A stretch of 64,000 nt of DNA from Vicugna vicugna (Eukaryota), in NCBI GenBank assembly GCA_013265495.1, contig MU058444.1, forward strand, positions 682,001 through 746,000. Reading direction: 5' to 3'. Under the pieces are notes generated by a model. It was given only the letters and a program-made list of their open reading frames with translations. It was not told the origin of the DNA and ran no database searches. Of this stretch, positions 1 through 13,016 are shown one piece after another; the stretch's first letter is position 1, and the number at the start of each line of letters is the position of its first letter. The position numbers and the translations under genes are program-made.

Positions 1-124
1 ACATCCTATGTTGCACCCACCAGTTTAAAGATCCCAGTTCACAGTTAGGTCGTGGGGAAGTCCTGCCAGGACTCAGTCCTCATCCACCTTGGCTGGTACT
101 CTTTGTGATGATCACCAACATACG

Positions 125-250
125 GTTGTACACAATGTACACTTGTAGACAACGTTGTATACAACACATACTGTACAATGTTGTATACCATTGTATACAA
201 CATGTACATAGTGGTTCAGCCTAGAACATGTACACGTTTACAACATGTGT
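125..250. repeat. Degenerate palindrome-rich minisatellite (TTGTATACAA / TGTACA motifs)
   Basis: Repeated GTTGTATACAAC, TTGTATACAA, TGTACA and ACATGT self-complementary words. Confidence 0.7.
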
Positions 251-341
251 GTGTCATATACAGCACTTCCACATGTGTCTGTGGACCCTTTTCTCCTGAA
301 AATTCTCATTAAGTAACGTGTCATCCGTTCCATATTTAGTC

Positions 342-500
342 CAGTTGTCCCCCAATATCCATGGAGGATTGGTTCCAGGAGCCCGGATACCAAAATCCAC
401 AGATGCCCAAGTCCCTTATATGTATAGAATAGCAGAGCACAATGGTGACAAGTTGACTCTCCTTATCCACGTGTTTCACATCTGCAGGTTCAACCAAGCA
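342..500. mobile_element. TcMar-Tigger non-autonomous relic (MER2/MER8-like)
   Basis: CAGTTGTCCCCCAATATCCATGGAGGATTGGTTCCAGGA..GGATACCAAAATCCACAGATG..AAGTCCCTTATA matches the recalled MER2 left end. Confidence 0.75.
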
Positions 501-556
501 TATTATCTCATAAACTATTGTTTTATGAAATAGTATACATAGTCACTTTGTGTTTT

Positions 557-657
557 TTATATATATGTGTGTGTGTGTATATATGTTACATATTATATAA
601 TTATATAAAGTATATGATGTATAAATATGTAGTTATATAAATATATGTATATATATG
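557..657. repeat. (TA)n/(TG)n compound microsatellite and AT low complexity
   Basis: Direct inspection. Confidence 0.9.
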
Positions 658-669
658 AGACAAAATGAC

Positions 670-862
670 TGAAGAAGAAATAAATAGTAAGACAGAGAAA
701 GCATTAATCATGAAATAAATACATTTGCTAAATTTTGCTGCATGACATTTAGAAACTTGTTCACCAAAAGACACAATGGATTGCAACAAGGACAATGAAC
801 AGACAAGGTAAACGAGCAGAAAACGTTTGCAGCCTATGTAAGCAATAAAAATATATGTATTT
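670..862 (+). mobile_element. Ancient L1 ORF2 fragment (L1M-type)
   Basis: Degraded equivalent of the ORF2 'KNFCSSKDT...EKIFA...DK' segment (AAACTTGTTCACCAAAAGACACA...GAAAACGTTTGCA). Confidence 0.55.
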
Positions 863-959
863 GTCCATTTCATGTAAGTTTCCATATCATTGGAATATAT
901 TAGCTTATATTATTTATATTACTACTAACATGGTTTTAATTTTTCTGGATCTGCATTTA

Positions 960-1290
960 TTTCTCACATTCCCCACCTAATATTATTTATCCTTTAATTT
1001 ATGCATTTGCTTTTTTTTTCTTTCTTGAATAAATTTATCAGAGGTTTGTCTATTTCATTATCCTTTTCAAAGAAACAACTTTGGGGGTTTTTGACATCCT
1101 CTTCTGCGTCTTTGTTTTTCTGTAGGGTTGAGGACTGCTCTCATCTTCATTGTTTTCTTCTTAATTTCTTGGCATTTATCCTGAAAATTTTTCCTAACTT
1201 AAAGTAAACCCCTACTTCTTTAATTTTGAGCTTTTCTTGTGTTCTAATTTAAGTATTTGTGTGTGGAGCTCTCTAAATGATGCCTCTCAC
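960..1290 (-). mobile_element. Ancient L1 ORF2 fragment (post-endonuclease region)
   Basis: Reverse complement encodes a 'KSCFFEK..KPL' like segment (CTTTTCAAAGAAACAACTTTG, AGAGGTTTGTCTATTT). Confidence 0.65.
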
Positions 1291-2244
1291 TATAATGATT
1301 GCCTCTTTTAGCTCTTATAATTATAATTACTTTAATGTTTTTTAAAAAATCACAGATTTTCTAATGAATCAAACCTGGAGAAATGTTGCATCAATTTTTG
1401 TTATATTTTACTTCTGATGTACTCTCTTAGATTATCTCTCTTCAGTAAGTTTCTGAAATAATTTAATAGCACAATATATAAACTGTGTGATTCAGTAATT
1501 TGTTGCACTGATGTATGTTGCATTGTCCGAAACCTGTTTCAGGATTTAGGTCTCAGCTGGAAACTGGAACATTCACAACAGGCTAGTTGACAGATGTGTT
1601 TATTTATGAAAGCCATATTTCAAGGGAGAGCCACTCTCTGTGGCCAGGTTGTTAGGTGTTAGTTCTTTAATTTCAAGTGATAACATTCTCTTTTTCCAGA
1701 ACCACCAGCTATAAATCACTCCGTTCTTAGCCCACTGGTTTCCTACAGGGACAAAGGAAGTAAAGGAGCAGAAAAGTCAACCAAACTGTAAATGACTTTG
1801 GGCATTTAAAAATCTATTTCTGATTTTGTAGAACATTCTATTTCTCTTTACAGTCTTGTAGTATTTGGTTACCTTGAATTCACAGGTACCTCCCCAGTCA
1901 AGGAAAGAAAGATTTGCTCAGAGGAAGAAAGCTTTATTCTTCCCACTGCAATTACTATTGGTTATTGTCATTTATAACCTCTTTACCATTTAACCAACTG
2001 TCTAATTTATGCTTTTGATTCATGATTTTATATGGCTCGAGATATCTTTCCTTGGAAACAAATATGACTTTAAAATGGAAATAACTCCATTGTAGAAGTA
2101 GCCCCATGTTGATTATTTGTCAAAGCATTTTACATAGGACATGCATGCAAATAATTAAGGATAACTAAGATGATGATGTAGGTGAAGTAATACCTATAGC
2201 ATTTTCCCTATTTTAATATAGCATTGAAAGGCACCTGTAAAATA

Positions 2245-2456
2245 CAGTTCACCCTTAAACAATGCAGGGGTCAGGGGCTCTGGGCCTCTGCAACCTCCAA
2301 AGTCCAGGTACCACCTTAGAGTTGTCCCCCCATATCCACGGTTCTGGTTCCACACCCACAGACTCAACTAACCATGGATCATGTAGTAATGAATTGAAGA
2401 GAACCCCTATATGCGTGGACCCATCAGTTCAAACCCATGTTGCCAAGGGACAATCG
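2245..2456. mobile_element. Tigger2-derived MITE (MER8-like), complete
   Basis: Imperfect TIRs CAGTTCACCCTTAAACAA / ATGTTGCCAAGGGACAATCG, with TA on both flanks (2243-2244, 2457-2458). Confidence 0.85.
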
Positions 2457-3449
2457 TACAGTAAAACTAGACCTTGATCCTTCTTATGAATATTAAATGA
2501 TGGGGTGAAGTGGCTTTAAGACCTCTGGGATGTTATTAATATCTATTGTTGTATTTGTTCATGTTCAACTAAGTTGCCACATTAATTATACTAACATTCA
2601 TTGAGCTTTTGATGTATACTGAGTAATAGGATAAGTGCTATTCATGTCTCTCACTTAATTTAGTAGTGTATGCAGCTCCAGAAGACATAATTTAAAGAGT
2701 ATGCAGACTCTTTTAATGACAGAACACCCCACCCTAAGCTACAGCGAGGGCAGAGGGAAGGGGACGCAGATCGTCCAAACACATCTTCGTAGCTGTTTTC
2801 TTGCTCCTGACATCCCATCCCGCAGGTGGCGAGGGGTGAGCAGCTTGTCCTCAGGGTAGTTCTGTGTCAGGCTGGGTCTGTATTTTCTGACCCAGCATGA
2901 GGACGCCTGGTTGGATATCGACAAGTGTTCTTGGGGAGATAATGGGATCCTCTGCCCGACATCGTGGCTGCCCTAGGAAATCCAGGACCCAAGGATGCTG
3001 AGTGTATGGAGTCCTCTAAGTAGACAGAACTGACTCTCAAGTTTTCAAGTTACCCTCAAAAGGCTGCCTGGAGCAGAGGGAGAGGAAAGAGGGTCCCCAA
3101 TGTCCAGATAAAATCTGGAGGTAAACACACATAAGCTCATTTTAGAAGATGGGAATGGAAATCTGGGTCTTCCAGGATTCCCTGGGCTTCTAGCAGCAGG
3201 AGGAGAGTTTCAACACTCATTTGCTGTCAATGTTTTTAATAATCTGATGTCTTCTGTGGTAGGAAGTGGTGGTGGGGGGAAGCATTATGGAAAAGGTAGT
3301 AAAAATCAGCCAGGTGAATAAACGAGGGAAGAGGATTTTAGGAAAAGAGAATCGCCTGTTCAAAGGGGAGGCATGAATATTCTTGATGTGATAAAATAGC
3401 TGAAAGAAAAATAAACTGTCTAGAGCTTAGAGGCATGAGACGGGAATAT

Positions 3450-4080
3450 AGCGCAAGGAAATTGTGAAGAAGCAGCAGAGATGCATGTGGACTGTGAACG
3501 GCATCGGCTGGAGCTTGCATTTTATTCTCAGTGCCGCGGGAAGCCATTGAGCAACTCTTGTCACTTTCACTGCTGTGAAAAAATGGATTGAAGAGAAATC
3601 AGGACGAGGAAAGAGAACCAGTGAGCACGTTGTCGCGGTTGCCCAGGTGAGAGGTCACAGAGGCTCAGCGCGGGGCAGCAACTGAGGACAGGGGAGATGA
3701 GGAGAAGGAGGAAGAAAGCAGACTTGTGTACATGATTAAACAAGACTTTTAGATCTCTCCCTGACCCGCTGGGTTGATGGTGGTGTCATTCACTGAGATG
3801 TGGAAAAAGCAGGTTCACGAGAAAACCAAGAGTTCATGCTTGGACATGCTAAATCGGTATGCCTCCAAGTCTTCCGCAGTCCTCAAGTGATGTGGGAGAG
3901 ACCGAAGTCCCCTGTGTACCAGACAGGGATAGAGGAATAGCAAGAGTGGCTGCTAAGTTTGGATGAATTGGGTACAGTGGGGATAGACTGGAGATTGACA
4001 ATGAGATGGACATCTTATTGGATGGAGGGATGGTCCCGCCCAAGATCAGACAGGAGAGTGACAATGAGGTCCAAAGAGCC
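3450..4080 (-). mobile_element. L2 LINE fragment
   Basis: Typical antisense L2 motifs GGGAAGCCATTG, CCAGGTGAGAG, GATGGTGGTGTCATTCACTGAGATG, GAGTTCATGCTTGGACATGCT. Confidence 0.75.
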
Positions 4081-6103
4081 TTCTTTCTCTGTTCCAGTGC
4101 TACACAATGCTCTGAAGAAAGCTAATTAAGTCCTAGGAATTAGCTACCCCCCCAGAAAGCAATCAGAGAAGAGATAAACCCCAACTTATCTAATGTTGAA
4201 ATAGAAATGACTTTGTGTACCAAGAATTGATTAACATTACATTATTTGCTCATATTAGTGGATAGACAATTAAAATAGAAATTAAACAATATTACAAAAA
4301 TACTAAAAATACGCCATATGTATATATGCGTGTGTCTATGTACATACACAGTGTTTGTGTCTGTGTGTGTAATGTATCTTTTATTCATCGTTGATGAGAA
4401 CTTGATGGAGTGAGAAAACTATATCCTCAGTTGTGTGCAATGTAATGTTTGTTTCAAACAGATGTTTATTATCTGCTTGCTGATGAATAACCAACATTTT
4501 AAAGCACAGACAATGAAAATGAACCGATGCAAAGTCTTGGTGAATATATTCCAGTGCTTGGCCAAGTTTAGTATCCATAATGTCTGTAGAATGAGATACT
4601 TCTGATTAATCATAATCCCAAGAGAACAAGAAGCCAATAAAAATTGAGTTTTAACAGCACCAGGAAGTTGAGTTTGGTAGAATTTCATGTGATGCAAATG
4701 CACTGAGAAAGTTTTTACTAAAATTTGGATGGTTCGTTCCTCAGTCCATATACAAACGTTCTCTGTTGAATGAAACTCCATGTATCCTTTTGAAATCCGG
4801 TCAAGAATAGAAAGTCTAAAACTGACCACGTCTGCTATTTTCAGTCTAACAAATGCCAAGTCGACTCCAAAAATTTGATTTAAAAAAAGAAAAGAAAGGA
4901 AAAAACAAACCTCTGAAATTCCCTGTTTCTTCATTCGTATAAACACTAAGTAAAATAGCAGAACAGCATGAGCTCTGCCTTTTGACTTCATAATGCTCTG
5001 TATGAAACCTAATTTAGACTTGGGAAAAATTGCTCCATCCCTAGGACTAGCTTTGTACTTAAAACGTTAATGAGAAATGAAGGACTTTTCAGTAAAGTGT
5101 AAAGGAAAAGATCCTTAGAAATGGGGGTGAAATAAAAGATGAAGAGGCTTTGATTTTGGCTCCGTGGGGGAATTGAGAACTCATGGAAGGAAGGCATGAC
5201 TTATCGTGTTAATTACCTAGCAGACTCATGAGAATTCTTCTGCATCTTCGTGGCACCACTCTCTTCTGTTCCTCCAGTTTTATTTTTGGAAATGAATTTA
5301 AGCTTCTGAATAGGTTCTGTGCTTTGAGTCACTCAAGAATTAGTAAAGCAGCTGGTGCAAACATGCAAAAAGAAAAAATTGTGGGTATTTTCCAAGCACA
5401 TGAGAGGCTACCCCTATGTTGTCATCACTGGAGCTCTGTTGATGGACTATTTTAAAACCCAACTGATAACGATGAGCAAAGAAAAAACTGTGCCGAAATT
5501 AAATATCATCTTTAATGGTAATTCAAATAATTATGTATATTCATTTCTTAAGAAATTAATCACCAAGGAGCTGATCCTCTGTACTGTCTAATGCATTCTA
5601 GTGTATGACACGTGCAAATGGTGAAATTCTATGAAAATCTTTGATGCAAAATATTGCTATATGTAAAGATGCCTGGACATCTTCTTCCTGCAGGAGGAAA
5701 CACAGTCATAGTACCAAACATTTTTATTGGGGGGGGAAATCTTTCTTAAATAAAACTTAGATCATTCAATAATAGTATCAAATTAAATTTTCACTGATAT
5801 GTGGAAGCTGAACACATGAAAATTTTGTTTTCAAAAAATAGAAAGCTATGTCAAATTACGGTGAGATGGATAAAGCATTTATTGATCTGTATTAACTGGG
5901 AAACATAGAGATGGAACCAGCCACAGGGTCAATCGGATCCAGGGTCTGAAAGGTGACCTCGCCATTCTCCATTTCATATCTTCATTGTTCTTTTTTCTCC
6001 AACTCTTTGAGATTTGGCCTCTTCAAATGCCGTTAAAAATGAGCAGACTTTATCCACATAGCAAGGGAAGTAGTCAAGCATGTTACCTAAGTGACTGGAG
6101 AGG

Positions 6104-6290
6104 AGCGGTCCTCAGTGTTTTCCCTGGACTAGCAGCATCAGCAACACCTGGAAACCTGATGAAGATGCAAAGACCAGGGTCACGTCTCAGACCTACTGGC
6201 TCAGAACCTCTGGAACTGAGTTTCCCATCATCCTCAGTCTATGCCTGACATACCGCCCAGCTGATTCTGAAGTAGGCTAACTTTTGAGGG
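6104..6290 (+). mobile_element. MER5A (hAT-Charlie), copy in duplication unit 1
   Basis: CCTGGACTAGCAGCATCAGCAACACCTGGAAAC..ATGCAAA..CAGACCTACTGGCTCAGAACCTCTGG..TGATTCTGA. Confidence 0.85.
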
Positions 6291-6567
6291 AAACATGGCC
6301 CTGAAAGAAAGAAAGACTGTCTCTTTCAGCTCAGGGAGGGTTTCTTATGGGCTCAGCTTCAATTATGTCTCAGACTCTTAGGTGGATGACTAGAGTCAGG
6401 GATATAGGAAATGCTCATGAGCTAGACTGAAGAAATTTCATACCTTCATTGTTTTTTTTTCTCCAACTCTTTGAGATTTGGCCTCTTCAAATGCCGTTAA
6501 AAATGAGCAGACTTTATCCACATAGCAAGGGAAGTAGTCAAGCATGTTACCTAAGTGACTGGAGAGG

Positions 6568-6754
6568 AGCGGTCCTCAGTGTTTTCCCTGGACTAGCAGC
6601 ATCAGCAACACCTGGAAACCTGATGAAGATGCAAAGACCAGGGTCACGTCTCAGACCTACTGGCTCAGAACCTCTGGAACTGAGTTTCCCATCATCCTCA
6701 GTCTATGCCTGACATACCGCCCAGCTGATTCTGAAGTAGGCTAACTTTTGAGGG
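6568..6754 (+). mobile_element. MER5A (hAT-Charlie), copy in duplication unit 2
   Basis: Same sequence as 6104-6290 shifted by 464 bp. Confidence 0.85.
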
Positions 6755-7627
6755 AAACATGGCCCTGAAAGAAAGAAAGACTGTCTCTTTCAGCTCAGGG
6801 AGGGTTTCTTATGGGCTCAGCTTCAATTATGTCTCAGACTCTTAGGTGGATGACTAGAGTCAGGGATATAGGAAATGCTCATGTGCTAGACTGAAGGACA
6901 TGTTCACAGCCCTGGCCAGGGAAGTGAGCTTCTATGTTTGGAAGTCCATCTGGAATCACGTAGGTGAAGCAGAGGAAGAGAATATTCACCCCTCACCACC
7001 CAGACAAGGAGAATGTTGCTGCCTAATGGAAGGGAAAAGATGCAAAGTTGAGGCAAACACAGAAAATTGGATCTTCACCAGTTCGAGGATGACCACAGTT
7101 TAATATTTATCTCATACATTTCCTAAAAAAAAAAAATGCCACAGAACATGGATACATGCTATCAATTCCATCTTCTCAACACTCTTGGAAAGTACAAGTC
7201 ATGTTTTATCAGTTTTACCTTCTGCCTTATGGAGAAATACAATAATATAAAATTTAAATGATTTGTTCAAGGTTATCTAATTTATCTAATGATGGAGTCA
7301 AAATGAGACTATAGTGTACAAATGGGCAAGTCAGGAAAAAGACTCTTCTTGTCAGATGTGGCAGACTTCCTAGCAAAACAAGATTTGGTGGGTATGACTT
7401 CATGGTCAACAACATCTGGATAATGTTCTTCCCGTCACCTGGTTATTTGACTTTATGTAGCTCAAACCCACATCTAGGAGAGAGAGAAAAGAGACTAGAC
7501 ACAGATTGAATTCATCAGCCAAGAACAAAATTGTATCTCTTTATTGATGAAGAATGTCTTCTAAAATAAGCTACTGTAAGTAACAGCATTTGATACATTT
7601 TTACCAGAAAATTGTGAAAGCTCAGAA

Positions 7628-8206
7628 ACTCTATGCACCTCAATGCTCATAGCAGCCCTATTTATAATAGGCAAGACATGGAAACAACCTAAACGTCCAT
7701 CAACAGATGACTGGATAAAGCAGCTGTGATATAATTATACAATGGAATACTACTCAGTCATAAAAAAGAATACAATAATGCCACTTGCAACAACATGGAT
7801 GGACCTGGAGATCATCATACTAAGTGAAGTAAGTCAGAGAAAGACAAATTTCATATGATATCACTGATATGTGGAATCTAAAAAAAAAAAAGTACACAAA
7901 TGAACTTATTTACAAAACAGAAACAGATTCACAGACAGAGGAAACAAACTTACAGGTACCCAGGGTGAAAATGGAGGTGGAGGGATAAATTGGGAGTTCG
8001 GGGTTTGCAGATACACACTGCTATATATAAAATAGATAAAAACAAGGTCCTACTGTACAGCATAGGGAACTAAAGTCAGTATCTTGTAATAACCTACAAT
8101 GAAAAAGAATATGAAAAGGAATGTTTATGTGTGTGTATAACTGAAACACTACGCTGTACAACGGAAATTAACACAACAACGTAAACCAACTATACTTCAA
8201 TAAAAA
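7628..8206 (+). mobile_element. 5'-truncated L1 (ORF2 C-terminus + 3'UTR), artiodactyl-type
   Basis: 'TWKQPK..MEYYS..CGI*' coding remnant, 3'UTR, AATAAA tail; TSD GTGAAAGCTCAGAA at 7614-7627 and 8207-8220. Confidence 0.95.
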
Positions 8207-8699
8207 GTGAAAGCTCAGAAGCCCACATTAAAGGAAAGCAAATAAAGTTTAACACGGTGCCATAAGTCTAACAAAAGTTCAGCTCTAAGAGTGTAGAAAG
8301 CAGCATGTTTCATTAACCATATTGCTGTCAAGCAGATTTTTTCCCAGCTAGTCCCAGAGATAATTTGACTCTTTGAAGAACATCATTTTAGACGTCTACT
8401 TTGATTCCTTTTTCCAAACAACTGCAACTAAAATATGTGAACACATTTACCTTTACAATTTTAAAATTAAACTTGCTTCAGAACTTCTCCCCAAGGAAAT
8501 ACCGGAGAACCAATTAGCTAAGGGTGACCTTGGCTAGTATTTATTTTTTCCCTCCTTGTTCTATGTCCTACAAACAAAAATAATATTTTTGTGCAGGCAC
8601 AGTGTTATTCAGAGATGCCCAAAATCTTTTAAGCACGCCCTCCACATTTCGAGTGCCTTACTGAAAGCTGCCTTCCAGAGACTGAATGCACCAGATGGT

Positions 8700-9150
8700 C
8701 TAGCCCCAGCTTCCCTTCCACCAGGCTCAGAAGGATGATATAGTTTCCTCCAGTGAGACAGAACCTCCTTGAACTTTGGTTTGGAGCTGAGCCAGGTGAA
8801 GAAACAGGCTCAATTTGGAAGATGCCCTTTGCTGGCTCTTTTCTCCAGGGTTGACAATAGCCACAAATTCCCTACCAGACAGTTCCTCATGGTGTTTCTG
8901 GGACTGGCAGTGGGTAACATGACAACATCTCAAATTAGGAATCTCATTGTAGGAGAGCCAAAAGTTCCTCTGATGTCATTAGTGTCTGAAGCCATCTTCT
9001 CAGGCTAGTTCTGTAGCAAGAGAAGTTCTGATGATGGGGTTCAAAGCCTAATCATTCTTTGAGCTTCCAACACAGATCCACAAATTCCTTTCTGCTTAAA
9101 CCAGCAGAGATGGATTCGATCGGCAGAAACTAAGAACTCTGAACAACACA
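8700..9150 (+). mobile_element. Old ERVL/MaLR-class solo LTR (LTR33/LTR41-like)
   Basis: 3' end AAATTCCTTTCTGCTTAAACCAGCAGAGATGGATTC..AACTAAGAACTCTGAACAACACA; 5' boundary uncertain. Confidence 0.6.
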
Positions 9151-9579
9151 CAGAAGTGAGGCATCTTGGAAGATGATTGCAAGTTTATATGCATAGTAAT
9201 CTGATCATTTATTTTCAGTTTTTCTGATGCTCTGTCAGTGCCTGTGTTCCAATTAATTGCAGTATCCGTTTACAAGCTGAACCTCCACAGGGGTGCCAAA
9301 GTGATTCGTGTGTTTTCCAGTGTATCCTTCTGCAAGAAACTTAACGTCCCCTCTACCAAGGAATGGTATATTGTGTTTCTCTTTTCACTCTTCTTTTGGA
9401 CTGGTGTAATATGATATTCTTTCTGGTTTATTATAAGTATGGATCTGAAAGAAATGTGCCAGAAATTAAAAAAAAACAGAATTATAAATGCCGTTAAGTT
9501 TAATATTGCTTTCAAGAGTTAAGAGGAAATAAGATTTTATAAAATACTTGTCTAGGAATTATAAATCTCTATATACTAC

Positions 9580-9700
9580 TCCCTGCTACATGCCTTTGGA
9601 CAAGTCATTTAACTTCCCTGGGATCCACCGTGCTCTTCTACAAAGCAAAGATGATAATGCACTTTTTCCTCTCATGCTGGGACACTGTGATGACAAGCGG
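9580..9700 (+). mobile_element. MIR fragment
   Basis: CTTTGGACAAGTCATTTAACTTCCCTG MIR core. Confidence 0.6.
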
Positions 9701-11689
9701 CTTCCGAAGTACATAATGTCAAAAAATAATGTACACTGCCTTTTGTTTGAGCATCCTCCACAAGACGAAAACCTAATTCTCTGAGAAAAAGACAAGATAG
9801 TGTGTCTTGTGATGAGGTGGACAGGGAGTCTATCAACAACCAGTGGAGATTTAATTTTAGCAAATATTTATGGCCCAGGTGACATTGATTTGCGGCATTC
9901 TTGTAAAAAATATTTATACCTATCGACAGACCATGCTACTGTGACGCATCCCTTCATTAGTGTGCCGTATGTTACTAAATGTAACTGTTGGTTACTGAGA
10001 TGAACTCTGCTAACACATAAATTGTATAGCTTCATCTCTTCCCATCTGCCGTGCCTTGTTTGTTCACACGAAAACAGTACTTAACGGAAGAGCATGTGGA
10101 GGAATGTGTAACCTCACACTGCGTCTCACTCTCTTATTTCTCATCCGTCCTTGTGCCAAGATGGAAGATCCGTTTCTTCTTCTTCTTTTTTTTTAATTGT
10201 GGGGAGGATTTCTCCCCACATCCCCCACGGTCCATCCTTCAGACCCTCCTCTGGACCTCTCTGCTCTTGAATCTTTCCTCTTTCACCAAGTGCTCGTTGG
10301 AGGCTGAGAATTTTCGCGTTTATGAACATCCAAGACATTGCCTGTGGTTTCCTTTTCTTGCAGCGTTTCGTCTGGCTTTAGTACCCCGCTGATACTAGCC
10401 TCATAAAACACAGGCATGTCTATAAGAACGGAAAAGAATCAAATTCAAGTTCATGCCTACAAGGAAGAGGAAAACAGAAGTCCTTCCTGCCAATAAACTA
10501 TTATTAACAGGGAGCAACTGGCTGCCTACAGAGGTTTTCCTCTACCGTCCAAATATTGCTTCTTTCTTATGTTTTATCTCTTCTACACTTCAGCTTTGAT
10601 ACAGAGACGTCCTGCAGACTGGACACCTTTCAGACTGTGTTTATTTAGGAATATAAGCTTTTTATACATTCCTGGTATGGGAGGAAATATACACATGGGC
10701 AATTACACATTTCTTCTTTTTCTGTGTATAAAAATCACCTTTCTAGCTTTGCGAAACCAGAAACAATTTAATAAGTGCTACTGTCACACGTATAAAATAT
10801 TCTTCACACTATGTAATGGGGCAGACACCATGCATTAGAGCTTACAACTACATGGACATTGATTACCCGTCCACGTGAGGACAGAGAACAGCATGGGACT
10901 CTGTTTGCCCTTTGATAAAGTTCTGTTTCCTACAGGTCTCAGGGTTTACATGGAGCTAAAAGGTCCGCACGGTTGTCGATAAGACCTTTGCACAAAGGGA
11001 CCAAGTGGAGGCAGTTAGCACCCGGTCGCCCCAGGAAACCTCAATCAGACCCACCAATACTAACCACCGTGGCTTTGGCAATCCCAAACGCCACAAGAGA
11101 GAAGATGCCTGAGTCCTAGTCAACATTCACCCAGTGATGCTGAAAGCCAGGCACCGTCTTCAATTGCACAATCCTCAAAGCACAGCTCACTCACTGAATT
11201 AAGTCTTTTTTTTCTTACTATTAGAAGAACGTTCCTGCATTTTTCTGATATGATTTTGAGACAGTTAAATGAATCATTGAAATAATTTGTCTGCACATTT
11301 CCCCAATGGTAGGCAATAAAAGCCCTAATGAGCTGTACAACCAACTCTCCTTCAGCGTTTAGGATAAAGTAGGTCTAAATGAGCCATGGATTGGATTGCA
11401 TTAGGACTGATACGCCAACTTTTCCCGCTAATAACATAAAGGAGTATTTTGGGGTTTTTTCCTTTGATCTCACTGAACTATAGAGATCTCCTGTGGCCTG
11501 GATGGCGCCTCTTGGACCCTGCTGAAGATAATTGCGATGAGGGACAATGAAAACATTTCATTTGACTTCAGAGATCACCAGAAAGACGAGCAAGTTCTGT
11601 GAGTTGAAGCTGGAGATCTCCGATTGGTACCTAGCGTGTTCCAGAACGTCAAGTGGTCCAGTTCGTGTTGCCTCTGTCTAATAATAAGG

Positions 11690-11930
11690 GTCATGACAAT
11701 TATTATAAGACGCTTATTGTATTTCCTGATTGTGTAGCAAACACTGTGTTAACTGAACTGGGGCTTATATACACTGTCTGTCTCTTCATTCTCCTTAGAT
11801 CCTATTTTTTAAAGATAACTATTTTACTGGGGAGAAAAACGGGGCTAAGTAATTTGTCAAAGTTACATGGCTTGTTTGTGACAGGCCAGGATTTACACCT
11901 GAGTTTGCTTTATTCTAAATCTCATGAACT
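11690..11930 (-). mobile_element. MIR, interrupted by an L1 3' end
   Basis: CTATTTTACTGGGGAGAAAAACGGGGCT..AAGTAATTTGTCAAAGTTACATGGC..CAGGATTTACACC. Confidence 0.7.
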
Positions 11931-11936
11931 TACTTC

Positions 11937-12178
11937 TTTTTTTTTTTTACCAATGTTGTGTTAATTTCTGGTGTACAGCAAAGTGATTCAGTTAAGCATA
12001 TGTATATATATATATATACATATACACACACACACATATATATATATCCTTTTCATATTCTTTCTCATTATAGGCTGTTACAGGTATTGAATACAGTTCC
12101 CTGTGCTGTACAGTAGGTCCTTGCTGTTTATCTATTTTATGTATAGTAACGTGTACCTGCAAATCCCAAACTCCCAAT
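11937..12178 (-). mobile_element. L1 3'UTR fragment with internal (TA)/(CA) repeat
   Basis: poly-T then ATGTTGTGTTAATTTCTGGTGTACAGCAAAGTGATTCAG..CCCTGTGCTGTACAGTAGGTCCTTG; reverse complement resembles 7990-8200. Confidence 0.9.
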
Positions 12179-13016
12179 CTGCTATAGCACGTGAGAAAGT
12201 AGGGACCTCTGTTTAGATCCTTTGTATTACAAGGGTTCAGTATGACATTACATCTTCATTATTTATCTTAATGGTCCTCGATACATATTTACCATCCAAA
12301 TAGATTAATTTAAGAGGTGATTCCCTTTGGAGCTCAGACAGAAGGCTTATGAATCACGTGGACTCTGTTCATCCGAACTCCTGCTCACACAGACCACTAC
12401 TGAGACATGAACGTGCATGCTGAGAATTTGCAATATTGCAATATCCGCTCTTTCCATCCATCCATTCACCCATTCATTCCACCCCTTCCAAGAAATTCTA
12501 CATAAATTGCACCCAGCTATGCTGCAAGGAGTTTGTGTATTCAATAGCTGTCATGCCGGTGCCACAGGGGAACCCGTTATTTGAAACCCAAACTTACCCT
12601 ACCTCTCGCTGCCTTCGAGGATGGGTGGCAGAATTTGCATCAGTGAGGAAAGAAATCTCCGTGTTGCTCATTTTCCCCATCCAGAGGCCAGTGGAAGAAG
12701 GGGAGCAGAAATATCTCTGCCAGCTCTTCCCTGCTGTTCAAGGAAGAGATGGTCCCTTTCCTAGAAGAGACCTTCATGCCTTTGGATCTACAAAAGTCAA
12801 CTTTAATCATTAGGTGATTAAAAAGCTCAGTCACTCAGCCCAGCACCAGGAAAGGGAAGGGTTTTGTAGCTGAGCACAAGGATGCTAAGGTCTAGGGAAG
12901 CAGAGCTGCCAGGAGAGGACTGAGAAGGGGAGGGGGGAAGGCAAGGAGCTGACATGAGCCCCCCCATTGCCCCCAAGCCTGGTCATGTCTGCTTACAGAA
13001 TGTCCTGTGGGCACTG

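Larger units (their letters stand above)
5971..6898. repeat. Near-perfect 464-bp tandem duplication (5971-6434 / 6435-6898)
   Basis: Identical 87-aa ORFs exactly 464 bp apart; only four mismatches seen by eye. Confidence 0.97.

Noticed and set aside
4419..4991. 190-aa minus-strand ORF
   Set aside because: F/L/I/K-biased translation of AT-rich DNA; no recognisable domain or exon structure
5985..6712. Two identical 87-aa ORFs as duplicated genes
   Set aside because: TTG starts, run through MER5A; the identity only reflects the tandem duplication
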